Source of the DNA: Sphyrna mokarran
Lineage: Eukaryota
Assembly (NCBI GenBank): GCA_024679065.1
Contig: JAGIQG010000018.1
Coordinates: 46,128,001-46,192,000 of the forward strand
Length of the DNA: 64,000 bases
Direction: 5' to 3'
Shown in pieces: positions 1 to 14,303 of the stretch (its first letter is position 1; each line of letters starts with the position of its first letter). Below the pieces are notes generated by a model that was not told where the DNA came from, did no database searches, and saw only the letters and a list, made by a program, of their open reading frames with translations. The position numbers and the translations under genes were made by a program.

Positions 1-339
1 AAATTCAGCAAGCACCAGCATGAGATGATGCCAGCAGCATTTACAACAGCTTTATATAAGCACGAACTTGACACTTCACCTCCAAGGGGGATACTCAGAC
101 AGCCAAGACCCTCTGCAGAGAGGACTGAGGAGACATAGATATGCTCAACTTGCGGTTGGGATGAGATTCCCAGAATTGCCACTTCAGGGAGAGGGGTCAG
201 AAGAGTTCACTTGAAGGCCTTACTTTCTCTTCGTGTCGGGGTGCTGCTTGCATTGAAGAGGTTGTGAAGGCTAGTTTGCAGACAGAAATTCCCATGTCCT
301 CCATCCTGGGTTTATGCCCATGTTACAGCTGAGGAAGTC

Positions 340-3000
340 GCTTACATTAGTGGATACTGGCAAGGAGGTGGGAGGGACATAGCACTGCTATTCTCACGTT
401 CCATAGGGATGAGGAGCTGGTGAGCACGGTCCCCAGATCAAAAAGTTCCATCATCCTTTGGCACTGACACTTGTGGATTCCACCAGTGTCTGCCACCATG
501 CAGTTAAAGCCCTGCACCATGATGTGGATACCTCCTGCAGAAGTCAACCTCACAGTGTTGGCCTTGGTGCATTGCAGTGGTGATATGAAAAGACAGGGTG
601 GGACTCCGTGGGTGAACAAAGTGAGTTTTATTGCCAAACATTCAAATCAAAACGGTGACCTTACTGCAAAAGTGTCTATGTTCATCTGTGTCCACTAAAT
701 GCCTACAATTTTCAAATCTTCCTCACCCTTCCATTGTGTCTAACTGTCTCCCCAAGATCCACAGCTGAGGTTGAGGTGGTCTGCTGACTTCCATGCCCTT
801 TTGCCTGAGATGACCTTGGCGACCATCCCATGGAGAGCTGGGACCTTGAGGGTCCAGGCCTGCTTTCAGGTTGCACAGACATTTGAGTGCATCCCTTTTC
901 AGCAGCAGGGGCTGTAGGTATATCACTCACAGGGAAGAAGGTATGAAAAAGGCTGGAGGTACTTCTGCTGATACCCTTACCTTTGGGCTCTCGGGGGCCC
1001 TGTGCTCCTTCACATGATAGAGGGGCAGCTAGAGTAAGATCCAGAAGTCCCACCATCCTCTGGTGTTAACATTCATGGATTCCACCAGTGTCTGTACCAT
1101 GCAGTTGAAGCCCTGCAACATGGTGTGGACACCTCTTGCAGAAGTCAACCTCGAGGTGTTGGCCTTGGTGCACTGTAGTGGTGGCACCACCTCCTCAGAT
1201 AGAAAGTGATGGGACTCCTCCAATTGTCCTTGCACTCAAAGGTGGGCCATTATCATCCCTTCCTGATACTTGTGACTCTGCCTTTGCAGCTCCAGCAACT
1301 GTGGGTTCCAGGATTCCTCCACGTGCCAGTTCCCTGGGACATTCCTGCCTCTTTGATTTGATTTGATTTGATTTATCATTGACACATGTATTAGTATACA
1401 GTGAAAAGTATTGTTTTTGGCATATTATATAGATGAAGTGTATTGTACATAGGGAAGAAAAGGAAAGAGTGCAGAATGTTAGACTGCAGAGTGTTACAGT
1501 CATAGTTGGGATTAGAGAAAGATCAACTTAATGCAAGGTAGGTCCATTCAAAAGTCTGATGACAGCAAGGATGAAACTGCTTTCGAGTTGGTTGATACGC
1601 AACCTCAGACTTTCATATTTTTGTTCCAATGGAGAAAGGTGGAAAACAGTATGTCTGGGATGCCCGGAGTCCTTGATTGTGCTTTCTGAGGTAGTGAGAC
1701 ACATAGACAGTGTCAATGGATTTGAAGCTGGTTTGCATGATCGACTGGGCTTCATTCACAACCGTTTGTAATTTCTTGTGGTCTTGGACAGAGCAGGAGC
1801 CATACCAAGCTTGATACAACCAGAAAGAATGCTTCCTATGGTGCATCTATAGAAGTTGGTGAGATTTGTAGCAGACAGGCCAAATTTCCTTAGTCTCCTG
1901 AGAATGTGGAGGCTTTGGTGGGCTTTCTTATTTACAACATGGCATGGGGGGACCAGGACATTTTTGGTGACCTAGACATTTAAAAACCTCTGCCTGCTGT
2001 GGATCTTCAGCTGTGAGGTGCTCAGTAATGAGTGATCCAGGCACTGGCCCATTTATTGGATCCACCAGAACGTGAGCATCTGTGCTAGTGCCAGGTGCAA
2101 GTGACAGTTGTGACACCACTTCAACGATAGGGTTGGAAAAGCCTCCCTTTGAGCTGCTGGGGTCCAGTGGATCTAGGAGGTATGAGGATGGTCTAATCTG
2201 TATTGATGGTTGGCCTGAAAGAGAAGAGACATGGCATCAGTGCATCACAGGGAATATGGAGGGAACGTTGATTACTCAATTGACAGCATTGTGGAATGTT
2301 AGCATTTGTGTTGAAGATTCTCACATTTCTCTGCTTTGCAAGCAGCCCAGGCGCAGTCTTTCTCCTCTCCCGCCAGCTTGAGGGCTCACTTCTCAAAGCG
2401 TGTAAGGGTTTGGCACTCCAATAATTACTCCAGATGGCTGTGCCCACTCATGCTTGTTGTGGTTGAGTTTGTCCTGCAATGACACAGATATGAAGATTGT
2501 AGGTGGGAGAGTGGGCATTTAAGATGGTGCTGATATGTGGCAGGAGTGGGTTTGTGTGGGAGCTGGAGTGAGTGGTGCATAGCAGTTACTGTGGGGACAT
2601 GGTGATTGTAGGTAGGAAGGGGTCAAGGGCTGGATCTCGTGCCTGGTGCTGCTAAGGCCAAGGTGGCTGAATGAGAGAAAGAGTTGGGGGTGCAAGGGGT
2701 GTTTGAGAGGGTCCAATGGATGACTGGGAGTGGTTCACTTACCCTGACTGAGCAAAGATCATTCATCTTCTTCTGACACTGCTGCCTTGTTTCCTCCTGG
2801 AGTGCACTTGTGCTCTTACAGCTGCAACTACGGTCCAGGTAGCAGGCAGTCACCCTGATGGACAGATGTTTCCTGAAGCATTGGTATACGGTTTCCCACC
2901 TCTGCACCACTCTATCAAGAGGAACCCCTCCATAAAATGTAGTGCTGGCTTCTTAGCTGCCATCCCCTTCATTTGTTGTAGAACAAGTGCTGGAGACCCA
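340..3000 (-). mobile_element. Decayed PIF/Harbinger-like element carrying a spliced Myb/SANT-like (NAIF1/MSANTD-type) gene; interrupted by a Rex1/Babar insertion
   Basis: Minus strand reads RQQCQKKMNDL, then donor CAGG|GTAAGT (2742), acceptor TGTCATTGCAG|GAC (2474), then DKLNHNKHE...LTRFEK*ALKLAGEE. Collinear in inverted orientation with 6167-8905. 440-600 duplicates 1040-1180. Outer boundaries uncertain. Confidence 0.65.
1353..1986 (-). mobile_element. 5'-truncated Rex1/Babar LINE 3' end
   Basis: Fragments AWYGSCSVQDHKKLQTVV and SSFILAVIRLLN match Rex1/Babar ORF2 C-terminal motifs. (CAAAT)n tail at 1353-1373. Flanked by CCTCT at 1348-1352 and 1987-1991 (probable TSD); the flanks rejoin collinearly with the intact copy at about 7920-7980. 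Confidence 0.8.
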
Positions 3001-3698
3001 CTTATATTTTGTTAGGAATGGTAAGGCATGGACCACACAATTTGCTTTTGGCACTTATTAGTTATATTAGAATGATATTGAGTAGTGTTTTTTTCACCCT
3101 CACTGGGCTTTAAATTAATCTAAATAAGAAAATGAATCCAGCGTGGTAATCTTCCAATTTTATGCGCTAAACAGTGATATAGATTCTTCAATGAATAATA
3201 TTTTCTAATGGTTTTTAATTGCTATTTTAGAAATAAAGTTATTGAAACACAGTTTTATTTCACATGAAAATCTTATTATCACAGATAATATTTATTTCTA
3301 GATTTGCTTTTCTGAATCTTCAATGGATATCAATGTTTAAATTCTGATCAAAAATTTTGAATCATTTTATTGATCCTGCAGTTTGTGCCTATAAAGGGGC
3401 ACAGAATTTGAAAGTCTAGAGTTATTACTTACCTTCTAACCAAAAGAATAATTGACAAGAAATTGAATGCAAAACTACGAAGTCATTTTTCTTTTAAATG
3501 CATGACTTGTGTTCTTCTGTTGCAATACTCTAGTTTCTTTGTAGTTGTCTCTTGTAGCTCTGCCAAGAGCATTGTATGTTTACTTAATATTATTCTGATA
3601 GCTATGGTGTGTAGATAATTATAATCAGTGTCACTAGAAACTGTATGAAGCTTATATAATAATTGTTTCACATTGACATGGGAACAGCCATGGATGGG

Positions 3699-4013
3699 GA
3701 GAGTTATTTTAATATAACCATCCAGCAGGATCTAACAACAGCCTCTGTTACACCCAGCCCTTTGTTCTGCTAGGTCTGCCGATGATGCACTCCTGCTGCA
3801 GGTTTCCCAGAGGCATCAGCTGGAATCAATAGGAAATCCCACTGATAGCAGCGGGTTCAAAAGATCCAGCCACCAGCTAATGGCAAGCCACCTCTCGTCA
3901 CTCAGAAACATGCCACAAAGAATTTTACCCAAAAAGTAGAATCGGGAGGATTGCAAAACAATCAAACCAATCACCTTAATCTCCCACTAGGCAGGTTCAG
4001 TTAAAATTCACCA
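3699..4013. mobile_element. Short MITE, probably Harbinger-type
   Basis: Imperfect TIRs: GAGAGTTATTTTAATATAACC at left, GGTTCAGTTAAAATTCACC at right. Confidence 0.4.
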
Positions 4014-4046
4014 CATGTTTTCATCATGATTCTATCATTTAACTCT

Positions 4047-4415
4047 TGTGATGATACCGTGCCTTTAAGAAATAAATTTATATCGTGATTTTTTTGAGGG
4101 GTATATGTAGTTCAAAATTAAGCTGTTTTGCATGGTGTTGATATGTCTGCACACCAGGCAGCTCATGTGTTGAGAAAGCAGGCTGGTGGTTGGTTTAATT
4201 TGAGTTGATTTTTATTTAGTTTTTGCTCCATGGTTTCAGAGTAGGGTTTTGATTAGTTTAATTGACAGAGTCATATGCTTAAGGGAAGGAGCTTACAGGA
4301 AAAATCAGGCAGTTATACCAGATTCTGAAAGAAGCAAAAGATCTCTCATTTCTCTCTCTCTCTCTGGAGGCTGCTGTTTGGGACCCACTAGGGGAAATAA
4401 ATTTCTCTTTCCCTC

Positions 4416-4446
<31 letters not shown>

Positions 4447-4804
4447 TTCTCCAAAGGCATTCTAGAGGCTCAAGGACCCGCACCCCAAGAACAAGCACAG
4501 AAGTCTATGTGTGGCTAATTGATTTTGAAGAGGAATTTAAGTATACAAGAAGAATTTTGGTAGAATTTGAACTAATAGAAATAGATTAGCAGTTATGAAT
4601 AGCATCTTGTCATACAAGATAATTCAATTGGTAAATATTAAATTAATCCATTTGTTATAGTTAAACTGTATTGTTAAATAAAATTTGTTCTGATAAACCT
4701 TCCTAGTGGGTTAGTAGTATCACAATAATGCCAAAATAGATAAACTATTGGGGTCAGATTGGGCTTCATAATATACTTTGGGGTTTCTGGTGTGTACCTT
4801 AACA
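4047..4804 (+). mobile_element. Solo LTR, probably Gypsy-type
   Basis: TGTGATG...TTAACA termini with a perfect 4-bp TSD CTCT (4043-4046 and 4805-4808), internal CT/CTGT microsatellite and AATAAA. Ends match 16981-17674 in reverse. Confidence 0.8.
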
Positions 4805-6166
4805 CTCTGAACCTATTTCAGTAATTTGTAAGAAAAACAAAATTAACTCAATATTTTAAAAATTAAATCTTTGAAAGCTATTTAAACATCAAACCACAGA
4901 GGTAACAAGTGTAAAGTACTTTTGAATTGAAAGTAATTATAGCATAATGTTAGATAAAGCCAACCTTGAGAGCAAAGCTAACATTCAAATACAAACATGG
5001 TGAATTAGTATTCCTGAGGTTTATAATACCGTGCTAGTTAATTACAGGATTGATACTAATAGTGGCAGTTACTTTCCTTGTGAAGGAGGCTTTCATAACT
5101 AATCAATGACATTTTTGACTTCTCATTAAATAAGTTGTGAGTTTCCCACCTTAGCTCAAACCTGGGTGTATTCACAGCCAATATAAAGAACAAACTGTTT
5201 GGACAGACTCTATACTCTAAATTCAAGTGCGGTTACCAACTGTGTTTGGCTCTGTTCCTGGGGATTCAGTCACATGAGACTTGCTGTCGTCTACAAATGC
5301 CAGTACTTTTGCCAATAGCTTGATAACTGCTTTCTCAAATTTATACCAAAGGTTACAAGGAGGCAGTAACAAATTGTTGGGTGTGAATGCACAAATTGAT
5401 TTTAACTATTTTACCACTGCACAAGTATCATATATCTGTGACATCATTTCAATTCCATATGGCATAACATTGTCATGTGATAGGCATATGCTAATATGTT
5501 CAAAATTCATACATTGAGAATGGATGTGTTTTAAATTTGGCAGCCATTGGCACAGTATTCTTATCAGTCACAGTCCAGTGAAAGGCACTCAGATTAAAAG
5601 ATATTGCTGGCCACCTATTGAATAAAATCCGCTTGTTTTATTGCCAATCCATGCATCATTTGTGGGAGACCTGGGCTACAGGAGGTAATGATCGTAGATC
5701 AATATAAGAAACTACAATCTACTCCATGTATAACAGTATTATAAAGTTGATGGAATTCCAGACAGTAAATATTATAACAAACACATTAGTGTATAAGAAT
5801 TCATTTGCTGCATTAAGCTTACATTACAAAGTCCAGATGAAGATAAGATATTTGCTGCATCTTGCTTTTTGACTGTACAGTCATTGCCATTCAATAGATT
5901 TTGCACATGGCTTAATGCGGAAGTGTTGTTTTCTTAGGTCATGAGCAATATTTCCATTAGATTCTGCTTGTGTCACAGGTTGTGATATATGACATGACTA
6001 GATGACCATCTGCTGCCAGTGAGGAAGCTTGCTTACAAGGGCTTTAGTTGAAATGAGGGATCCAAATCTATCAGAAAATGAAGCTCCCTTTTGGAAATGT
6101 ATGAGAGTTGAATCATCAGGAGCGATTATCCCAAAAAAAGACGAACTGTCCAATGGGCAGGAACAC

Positions 6167-8905
6167 AGGAGATTTTCCCACAATATTTGGGTGAGCTAAT
6201 TGGAATGAATCTCCAGAACTCTGCGATTTATTCCAGCAGGGAGAGGGGCCTAATCACACCCGGCATCAACATGATGAGCGGGCCACTGCACGTGCGCCAG
6301 TCTCTTAGTAAGGAGATAGATGCATGCACACTGCCACCCTCTCCACCATTGCCAGCCTTCTGATCATCGGCTTCCCAATTGCTTCCTCAATCCCCCAATT
6401 GCCATCCTCCACAGTACTTCAACCACCTGATTGTGGGCCTCTGTGAGCCTCCACACCTCAATCGCCGGTTCCCATGACCCCCCCATTCCTGATCGCCAGG
6501 CTCTATGGCCCACTCCATCAGATCACCAGCTGCCCCTACACCCACCCTTTCCATTTGCCAGCCTCTGTGACCTTCCACCACCATGTCCAAACCAATCTTC
6601 CCCACATGGCTGTCCTGACTCCCCTCCTCATGTCCAGCCTAACAACCCCATATCCAGCCTTGATTACTCCCTCCCTTCCAATCCACTGATCTGTAATGCA
6701 CAGAACGTAGTGTGTAACCCCACCACCATCACCAATTGGCCTCACCCTCCTGAAGTCCTGCCCCTTTGGCCTGGCATCCAATAGGCAGTTCCAGGCTACA
6801 AATGGGCACTATCAGAGTGCCTAGCTGTCACTGGCAAATGGGCACTCCCCACACTTCCCAACCTCCCAAGGGAGCTCAATGGCCTTGTCCCTACCAGCAG
6901 GATGAGCAAGCTTGATCCTCATTGATGGAGACCAGCTTTAATCCCCGCTGGTAGAAACCTCCCCCAGTGGGGTGGGAGATGATGGTGAGCCCAGAGGATG
7001 CTATTCCAGGCCTTGCTAATAATATTGAAATGTGAATTTCAATATGATAATCAGCCTTGCCCTGAGTTCTGCCATGAAGCTGATGACGTTGAAAAAAATG
7101 GGCTGCAAGATTTGCAATTGGCTGGAATCTAGTCATGAATCTCACTATGGTCCTCCTTGATAACTCCTGGCCCGCTGTGTTATTCAAGCAGTGCAGTTGC
7201 TGGGCAGAATCAGCAGTATTGGAAGATGAATGATCTTCTTTGCTCAGCCAGGGCAAGTAAACCACCCCAGTCTCCCACTAGACCCCCTCCCACACCCTTC
7301 CCAAGCCCAACTCTTTCTCTCACTCAGCCACCTGGGCCAACGCCAGACAATTCCCACAATCACCATGCTTCCCCTGTAGTTTCTGTGTTCTGCACACTCC
7401 AGCTCCCACTCAAGTCCCATGCCTGCCACAACTCATCACCATCTTAAATGTCCACAATCCCACCTATACTCTCCTATCTGTGTCATTGCAGGACAAATTA
7501 GAGCACAATAGTGGCAGCAGATGCAGCAAGTTGGAGTTATGCCTAACTTGCAAAGTCTCACACACTTCAAAAGGTGGACCCTCAAGATGGCTAGGGAGGA
7601 GGAAGAGCATGCCTGCACTGCTCATGAAACATGAGAATCCTCAACACAAATACTGTCATTCCTCAAGTCTCAAATTTGTGTTGCTTTCATATCCGCTATA
7701 ATGCACTGATACCATGTCGCTTCTCTTGCAGGACAACCACTGGTATAGATCAAACCATGCTCGTGATCACTGGAAGCTGTGACTTCAGCGACGCAGAGGG
7801 GGACTTCTTCAACTCCATTGTGGAAAATGTGGCAGAGCCATCACCCGCACCCAACACCACCGAAGACATTCAAAACTCGGTGGGTTTAATAAATAAGTAG
7901 GCTTTTGGGTGGCACATCAGTGAGCATCTCACAGATGATGATCCACAACAGATGGAGGTAGGGACATCCCAGGAACTACACTCAGAGATATGTCTGAGCC
8001 CAGGTTTCTGCCGAGCCCCTTGCCAATGATCTGCCCTTAGACCTGGTCATTTCACAGCTGGTGGAATTGCAAAATCAAAGTTGCCAAACTCAGGAAGGGA
8101 TACAGCCTCCCTGAACTACAAGGTCAGATTGGAGGAGTTCCATAGCTTCTATCCAAGGAAATGGTAACATACATTTGTTACCATTTGGTATCATTGCAAC
8201 ATACTGAGGTCAACACTGTGAGGTTGGCGTCCGCAGTGCAGGATGTATACTCCATAGCAGGAGACATCCACACCATGGTGCAGAGCTTTGACTGCAGGAT
8301 GCAAGCACAGGTGGGAATCCACAAGAGTCTGTGCCAGAGGATGGAGAGGATTCTGGATCTCACTGCAGCTGCCACTCCATCCCATGGAGGAGTACACAGG
8401 CCCCCAGGAACACAAAGGTAGAAGCATTGGCAGGAGTAAAGCCTGGAGTATTCCAGCCAAAGGACGCCAAATATCTCCAGCTCATCTGATACTGTGCTCC
8501 CTATGGGCAACAGACCACCAGCCCCTAACACCGAGGAGGGCAGCAGTCCAATATTCATGTTACCTAAAAGCAGGCTTGGACTTTCAAGATTTCAGCACTT
8601 CCCCCTCCCTAGGGACACTCACCAAAATCACCTCAGGTAATAGGATGTGGAAGTCAGCAGATTGCCTCAGCCTTTACTGTGGATCTTGGGGAGACATAAT
8701 GAGGGGGGAGTTCCTGCACAGCATGCTCACTAATCATGTGCTAATGTATAAAAATGAACGTACTATGGTCCTACAGGGTGTTTCAGGCCACTCCACCAGC
8801 AAGGGATCAGAAAGATTGAATGTGGATGGCGTGGATTGCACCTCTGGATTTTGATCACGTATTGCCATTCCCACAGACAGAGAGCGCGAGTTCCAAATTG
8901 CCCCC
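6167..8905 (+). mobile_element. Decayed PIF/Harbinger-like element with a spliced Myb/SANT-like gene (second copy)
   Basis: QQYWKMNDL, decayed donor at 7253 (GCAAGT), acceptors TGTCATTGCAG (7491) and TTCTCTTGCAG (7731), then DKLEHN. 8200-8700 matches the reverse complement of 700-1250. Ends resemble GGAGATTTT...AAATTGCCCC TIRs. Confidence 0.65.
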
Positions 8906-10267
8906 GAAGCGTAATTAAACAGATGTTACTCCAACGAGCTAAAATAAATAATCTTTCTCAATGGTGTTTAATACCATCTATTACCTCAGAATAAATTTGA
9001 TTTATGTAAGAGGCACTTCTTAATAGTAATTTAGTGCAATAGGAACAAATTAAGTTCAAGCTGTTCACCTACATTCATTTTAAATTGAGAGTGCAATCTG
9101 GTGAGTGAAGGTGACATTGTGCCTTTTTTGTCCTGCAGTCTCCATCATAAATCATCCAATAACAGCCCACAGTCAGTAAGCAAAACCTTCTCAATCTCTC
9201 AGCTGCTGTTCCCAAAGGTGAAAAGAAGCTGTTGTGTTCTTTACTTGAGTGATAGAGCCTGGACTGGACTACTAGTGACTTCCCGTTCCTTTGATATATA
9301 TCATTCTTTTTTTATTTTTCATTTATGGGATGTAGGCCAGCATTTATTGCCCATTCCGAATTGCCCTTCTCAATATACATTTAAAATTAAATGGCTTTAC
9401 CCTATATGTGTAAAGCTTTGAAATAATTTTCAGCATTAGAAAGATAATTATCTGAAAGTTGTTTCAATTAACAGCATTTTAAAAAGTATCAACAAATCCA
9501 CAAAAATAGAACAAGAATGTCTCAAACAAAAGAAGATGTATGTTGTCAGATTATATAAAAAACATATTCTAGGACTTCAGCTGAAACTAAGTGTAACAGC
9601 TTATTACTAGGATATAGTGGAAAGATCTGGAACTAATTTATCCCATGTCTCCATTAAAAATAAAAGAGCTGTTGTATCTAACAACATCATCACGATTTTA
9701 CAACCTCTGAGAATATTGCTTCAAAATAATCAAAACTGCAGTGTCAAGAGTTGTGAGACATGGTTGGCCTTTTCTCGGTGACTGAATAATCTTTTGAACT
9801 GTAAGCCAGGTGTCTAAGCGTGTCTTTTACAAGACCTTGAAGGGAACCTTCAAACAAGCGTTATGTTTTCACAATCAACCATGAGAGTTACACTTACCTT
9901 TTCTCCGTAACTGTTAATTTATCACTGCATACTAACAATGAAGTTTGCACTTCAAAACAACACTGTTTCCATAATGGTCTTTGTCTTTGTGTAGATCCAA
10001 ACAATAGGAACATATATCAGTTTATTACTGTCACCTTTCATAGAATAATGGTCAGGTTTCTAGAGTAGAAATAACAGCGTGGATAACAGTACCCATTATT
10101 ATTAAAGTGCAAATCAGACATTAAAAACCAGCAACCAGACATGCACAGTCAGTAAAGTGGAAATCAGGAATTTGCTGTCCAACTTATTCTGCTCCTTCAG
10201 GAGATCTACAATAACGGGATCTCACAAAAGACCTGGCTTTTAAAAATATGAGCCAAGTTTTTTTAGA

Positions 10268-10822
10268 TGGTGGGGAATTTTCTGGACTGCCACATTGCTG
10301 TCGACACTGGCTGCCCCACATCCATTTAATGCTCCAAGGAGTGTTAATTCGCTAGAGACAGAACATTTGCCCTTCAGTACAGAAGAGGTCCCACCTCAGG
10401 GAAATGCTAGCAACTCTCTGGTCTCCCAGTAGTGCCAGTAGTTGCAGTAGATAGGACTGGGGATCCGTGAGCAGTCCTAGACACACTGGAGTACAGGATC
10501 AGGAAAGTATAGGGGGATCAGGGCACTGAGGGGATGGGTGGGGAGGGGTTAGTGATATCAGTGAAGAGTCAGGCCCAGGATGGGGGAGCACCTGCAGGGC
10601 ACCTGATTGAAAAGAGGGGTTTCTCCAATACTCCACTTTCTGCTTGAGTCTTGGGCATGCTTACTTTGTGGGCTTCTCCCCTCTGCTGCTGAACTCCTCC
10701 CACCAGGCTGAAAATTGAGGCGGGGCAGGAAACAGTTCCTGTGTGGTCATTATTTAATGGCCCCAATTGACTACTTGCTGTAAAATTGTGATGAGGTCAG
10801 AGAGGCTGGTGGTAAAACCATC
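10268..10822. mobile_element. Decayed non-autonomous DNA transposon (Harbinger-like MITE)
   Basis: GGGGAATTTT at left and GTAAAACCATCC at right; shares internal motifs with 52361-52850. Confidence 0.4.
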
Positions 10823-13339
10823 CAAGGATTTTTTTTTGCAAAATTATACTTCATTTATAAAACATCTGAGAGAATATTACAAACAGATCAAAATGGCCAA
10901 CATAGAAATTATAATGACATCTATATTTTCTGAGGCGATTCAATACAATCAAATGAATATTATAGACTTTCCAAAATAGTCATTACAAAAGGTGCAGTAA
11001 CATTTAAGTTATCTACTATCTGAAGAATTTTTTAAGTTGTGATAAATCGTAATAACTACCAAACTATCTCATCAACATTGACAATTAATTTCTTCAGGTT
11101 TTAATTTCTACTGCTGGAGATTTTTTAAATGTACTTTTTCCTTCCAACTGTCTTAATCTTATCTTTCTTTCCCATTTTGCATTTCAGTTTCTGATTTGTC
11201 ATTGAATTAAATATTTTAACTTACATGCCCCGATTCAGGCCCTGTTTTCCTTGTTATTGGTTCTTTAAACTGATTAGTTAAGGAGATAAACAGTTGTTTA
11301 TGCTTTTCAGTGAAATATTACACTAATTACAGTAAGTTCCAGTAAAAATTCCTGTAGAAAATCTATGGACAAGTGTGATTGTAATAAGCCGGTTTCTTGT
11401 TCACGTTGAAAGTAAACTACAGTCCCATGCTCAGCAATATTTGTAAATGAAAGAAGTAAAATAAAGCCTATCATATGGTTCAAAGTAAAATAAAGCTTTC
11501 TCCACAAAGAAATTTATTTCTGCTGAGAACAGGGCAATAGAAACCTAAGGCAAAACGTTGTGGGAGATAGCCCAGCCTAGGTGCAACAGCAAGTTAATTG
11601 CAAGTTCACAATTAAGAAGTTCAAGCAAGTTGAATAATTCCTGTATCTATAGCCCACTACCACAAATTCCCTGGGGAAAACACACTGAGAAACAGTGGCT
11701 AATTTTGCTGAAGTGTTTATTGAGACCTTCAACAAACAATTGGATTAATATTTGGTTGAGATTGAAGTTTGTACCAATAAGGACTGTCTCATTTCATTTG
11801 GGATTCTTTCAGCTAGTAGTAAATGGATTTTTTCATTCCACAGCAGTCTGTCTTGGTATCTTACTGACATGGTGCATTATGAAGTGATAGAACAAAGATT
11901 CAGAGCTTAGATTCACAACAATTGAACCATCTAGGAGAGAATCAAGTGAACAAAGACATTGTTTTGTTATGTTCTCCCTTTGCTCCTCAGCCATTTCCCT
12001 ATACATTGAGGGGCAAGTTTTAACTTTGACACAATAGGCAATGCTGCAACAAACTACACCCAAATTGCAACTGTTTTGAAAAATATTTCTCAATCTCAGA
12101 CTTTGACTCAAACATGGTTACATATCACCAAATGTAAAATCTGTTCTGAACCATACAATCAGATAATGTTTTAAAATGCATCTTTACAAGTGTGCTTTAA
12201 AAATATTTATTGATTTTAGAAAAATAACTTCGTAAAATCTGATCAATATAGCTGAAAATTGATTAATCATAAAAAATAGCCAATTTAAATTAGTATTAAT
12301 CCAGTTCCTGTGAATAGCCCAATTTTAAAACGTTGAAAATACCTTATGCACAAAACTACTTTTAGTTATGGGGCCACAGTAGCCAATTCCTTCATATGTT
12401 ATTTCACACAATTCATTCAAAACATTACAAAATGTGCCCATTAGTGTCCTTGCATAAAAAATTCAGTTTAATTTTTTAGAGCTTCCTCAAAGGCCTGAAG
12501 ATGAATACAATTAAGCAGAACCTCCAGTATCAGCTGGTCACATTACAGTTTAACATTTCACAACTACCTTTCCAACTGACAAGGAAAATATGCATCAAAT
12601 CTTCACCTATTGGATTTTAGTGGCTATGACAAATGTTCTTGCAAACAAATAGAAATGATATCCCAATTTGTTCCATCATGCTTTCTATCTAAAGTATTTG
12701 AAAGCTTATATATTTCACCAACTAATAGTGATTTTGTTGTAAGATGGCTGGACTTATACCCTGAGTCCACATACGCTCTATAAATTTTGAGGTCTATTCT
12801 TAAGATTTTTCTTTTAAATCCATAAAAAAATATACAGTTAAGGAAGTCACGAGATGAATGGGTGACCTGGTCTCCGTTTGGAAAAAAATTCACAGCATTT
12901 AATTGCCCAGAAACAGGCTATTGGGTCTATAGTGGTAGTCATGCATCACATAAACCTAATCTCATCTTTTCAACATCTTTATGAGCCTTTCTCCCTTTTT
13001 GCACTTATAATGTTCCCTTTAAGAAGAGTCTGTGTTTGACATCGTAATTCCACATGATGCCTTGTGATTTTTTTAACAAGTTTAAATAAAAGCGTGACCA
13101 GAAAGGAATAATAAACAAAGATGATGCATGAATGCGTCTGGCATGTTCATCATTTTCTGTACAAGTGTTTCTTATATTATGATGCACTTCAGCTCCAAAG
13201 AGAGGAAGACAAACTGCAACTGGAGCTAAAGACTGAAGAGCAATCCTTTGATTAAAGAAAATTGTCAATATATAGTATTGAATTGACTAGCATAATCTGA
13301 GTACTGATGTTCATTATGTGAAGAGAGCCTCCACATAAT

Positions 13340-13960
13340 GGCAAAAATGGCAGATGACTCCAGATATCCTAAATTCCACCCTCCATGCACATCCTATTTT
13401 CATTGGGATAGGACTGAAATCAGCCCAGAGTTTGCATATGCAACATTTACAAAGGCAGCTGGCCATATAAATTAGCAGCTATACCCACTGAAGTGGGACT
13501 TTAGTAGTCCTTGTGGGAAACTCAGATAAGATCAGATAAGAGCTAGTCTAAATTTCATGGATTTATTTGTATACAGGAGTACCCCTTTGGCGAGGTACCT
13601 TTTTCAATATGATCATGGGACACCTTTAGGATAGGTTAGGCACCTTTTTGGAGAGATAGGGCATGCTTTGGGGTTGTTAAAAGAAAACATGATTGTGTAT
13701 AAAAAGTGCATAAACTAATTGGAACGGTCAAAGAACTACCAAGATCTTAAAGAATTGCCTATGCTGTCAATGAATTATCAAACTGAATGAACTGTCAAAA
13801 CTACCAAAGCAGCTAATGAACTGTCGAACGATACTAGATAAGTTTGCGTGGGAGGGGTAATAGCAAAGAGTGGTTGACATGGGTTGACGTGCATTATCAC
13901 TAAACTGACATATGGGCTAGAAATGGCCATGAGAATATGGAAGTCTTGGAGGTGGGCTGG
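13340..13960. mobile_element. Non-autonomous DNA element related to 27963-28707 (opposite orientation)
   Basis: Shares GGCAAAAAT near the end, GCCATATAAATTAGCAGCT and repeated CTGTCA motifs with the reverse complement of 27963-28707. Confidence 0.4.
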
Positions 13961-13964
13961 CATT

Positions 13965-14303
13965 AATCATAGAAACCCTACAGTACAGAGACAGGTCATT
14001 CGGCCCATTGAGTCTGCATTGACCACAATCCCACTCAGGCCCTACATCAATATCCCTACATGTTTTACCCACTAATCCATCTAACCTACACATCTCAAAC
14101 ACTGAAGGGCAAGTTAAGCATGGCCAATTAACCTAACCAGCACATCCTTGGCCTGTGGGAGGAAACTGGAGCACCCGGAGGAAACCCACGCAGACACAAG
14201 GAGAATGTGCAAACTTCACAGACAATGACCAAAGCCGGGAATCAAACCCAAGTCCCTGGAGCTGTGAAGCAGCAGTGCTAACCACTGTGCTACCGTGCCG
14301 CCC
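13965..14303 (-). mobile_element. Full-length HE1-type V-SINE with CR1-type tail
   Basis: Minus strand starts GGGCGGCACGGTAGCACAGTGGTTAGC (A box) and GGTTTGATTCC (B box), has the V-domain core GGGTTTCCTCCGGGTGCTCCAGTTTCCTCCCACAG, and ends ...GGCCGAATGACCTG...TTCTATGATT. Confidence 0.88.

Noticed and set aside
1-340. Harbinger transposase next to the Myb gene
   Set aside because: I could not read any DDE or HARBI1-like motif.
14230-14303. tRNA gene
   Set aside because: The A/B boxes run straight into a V-SINE core, so this is a SINE head. The same applies to 48050.
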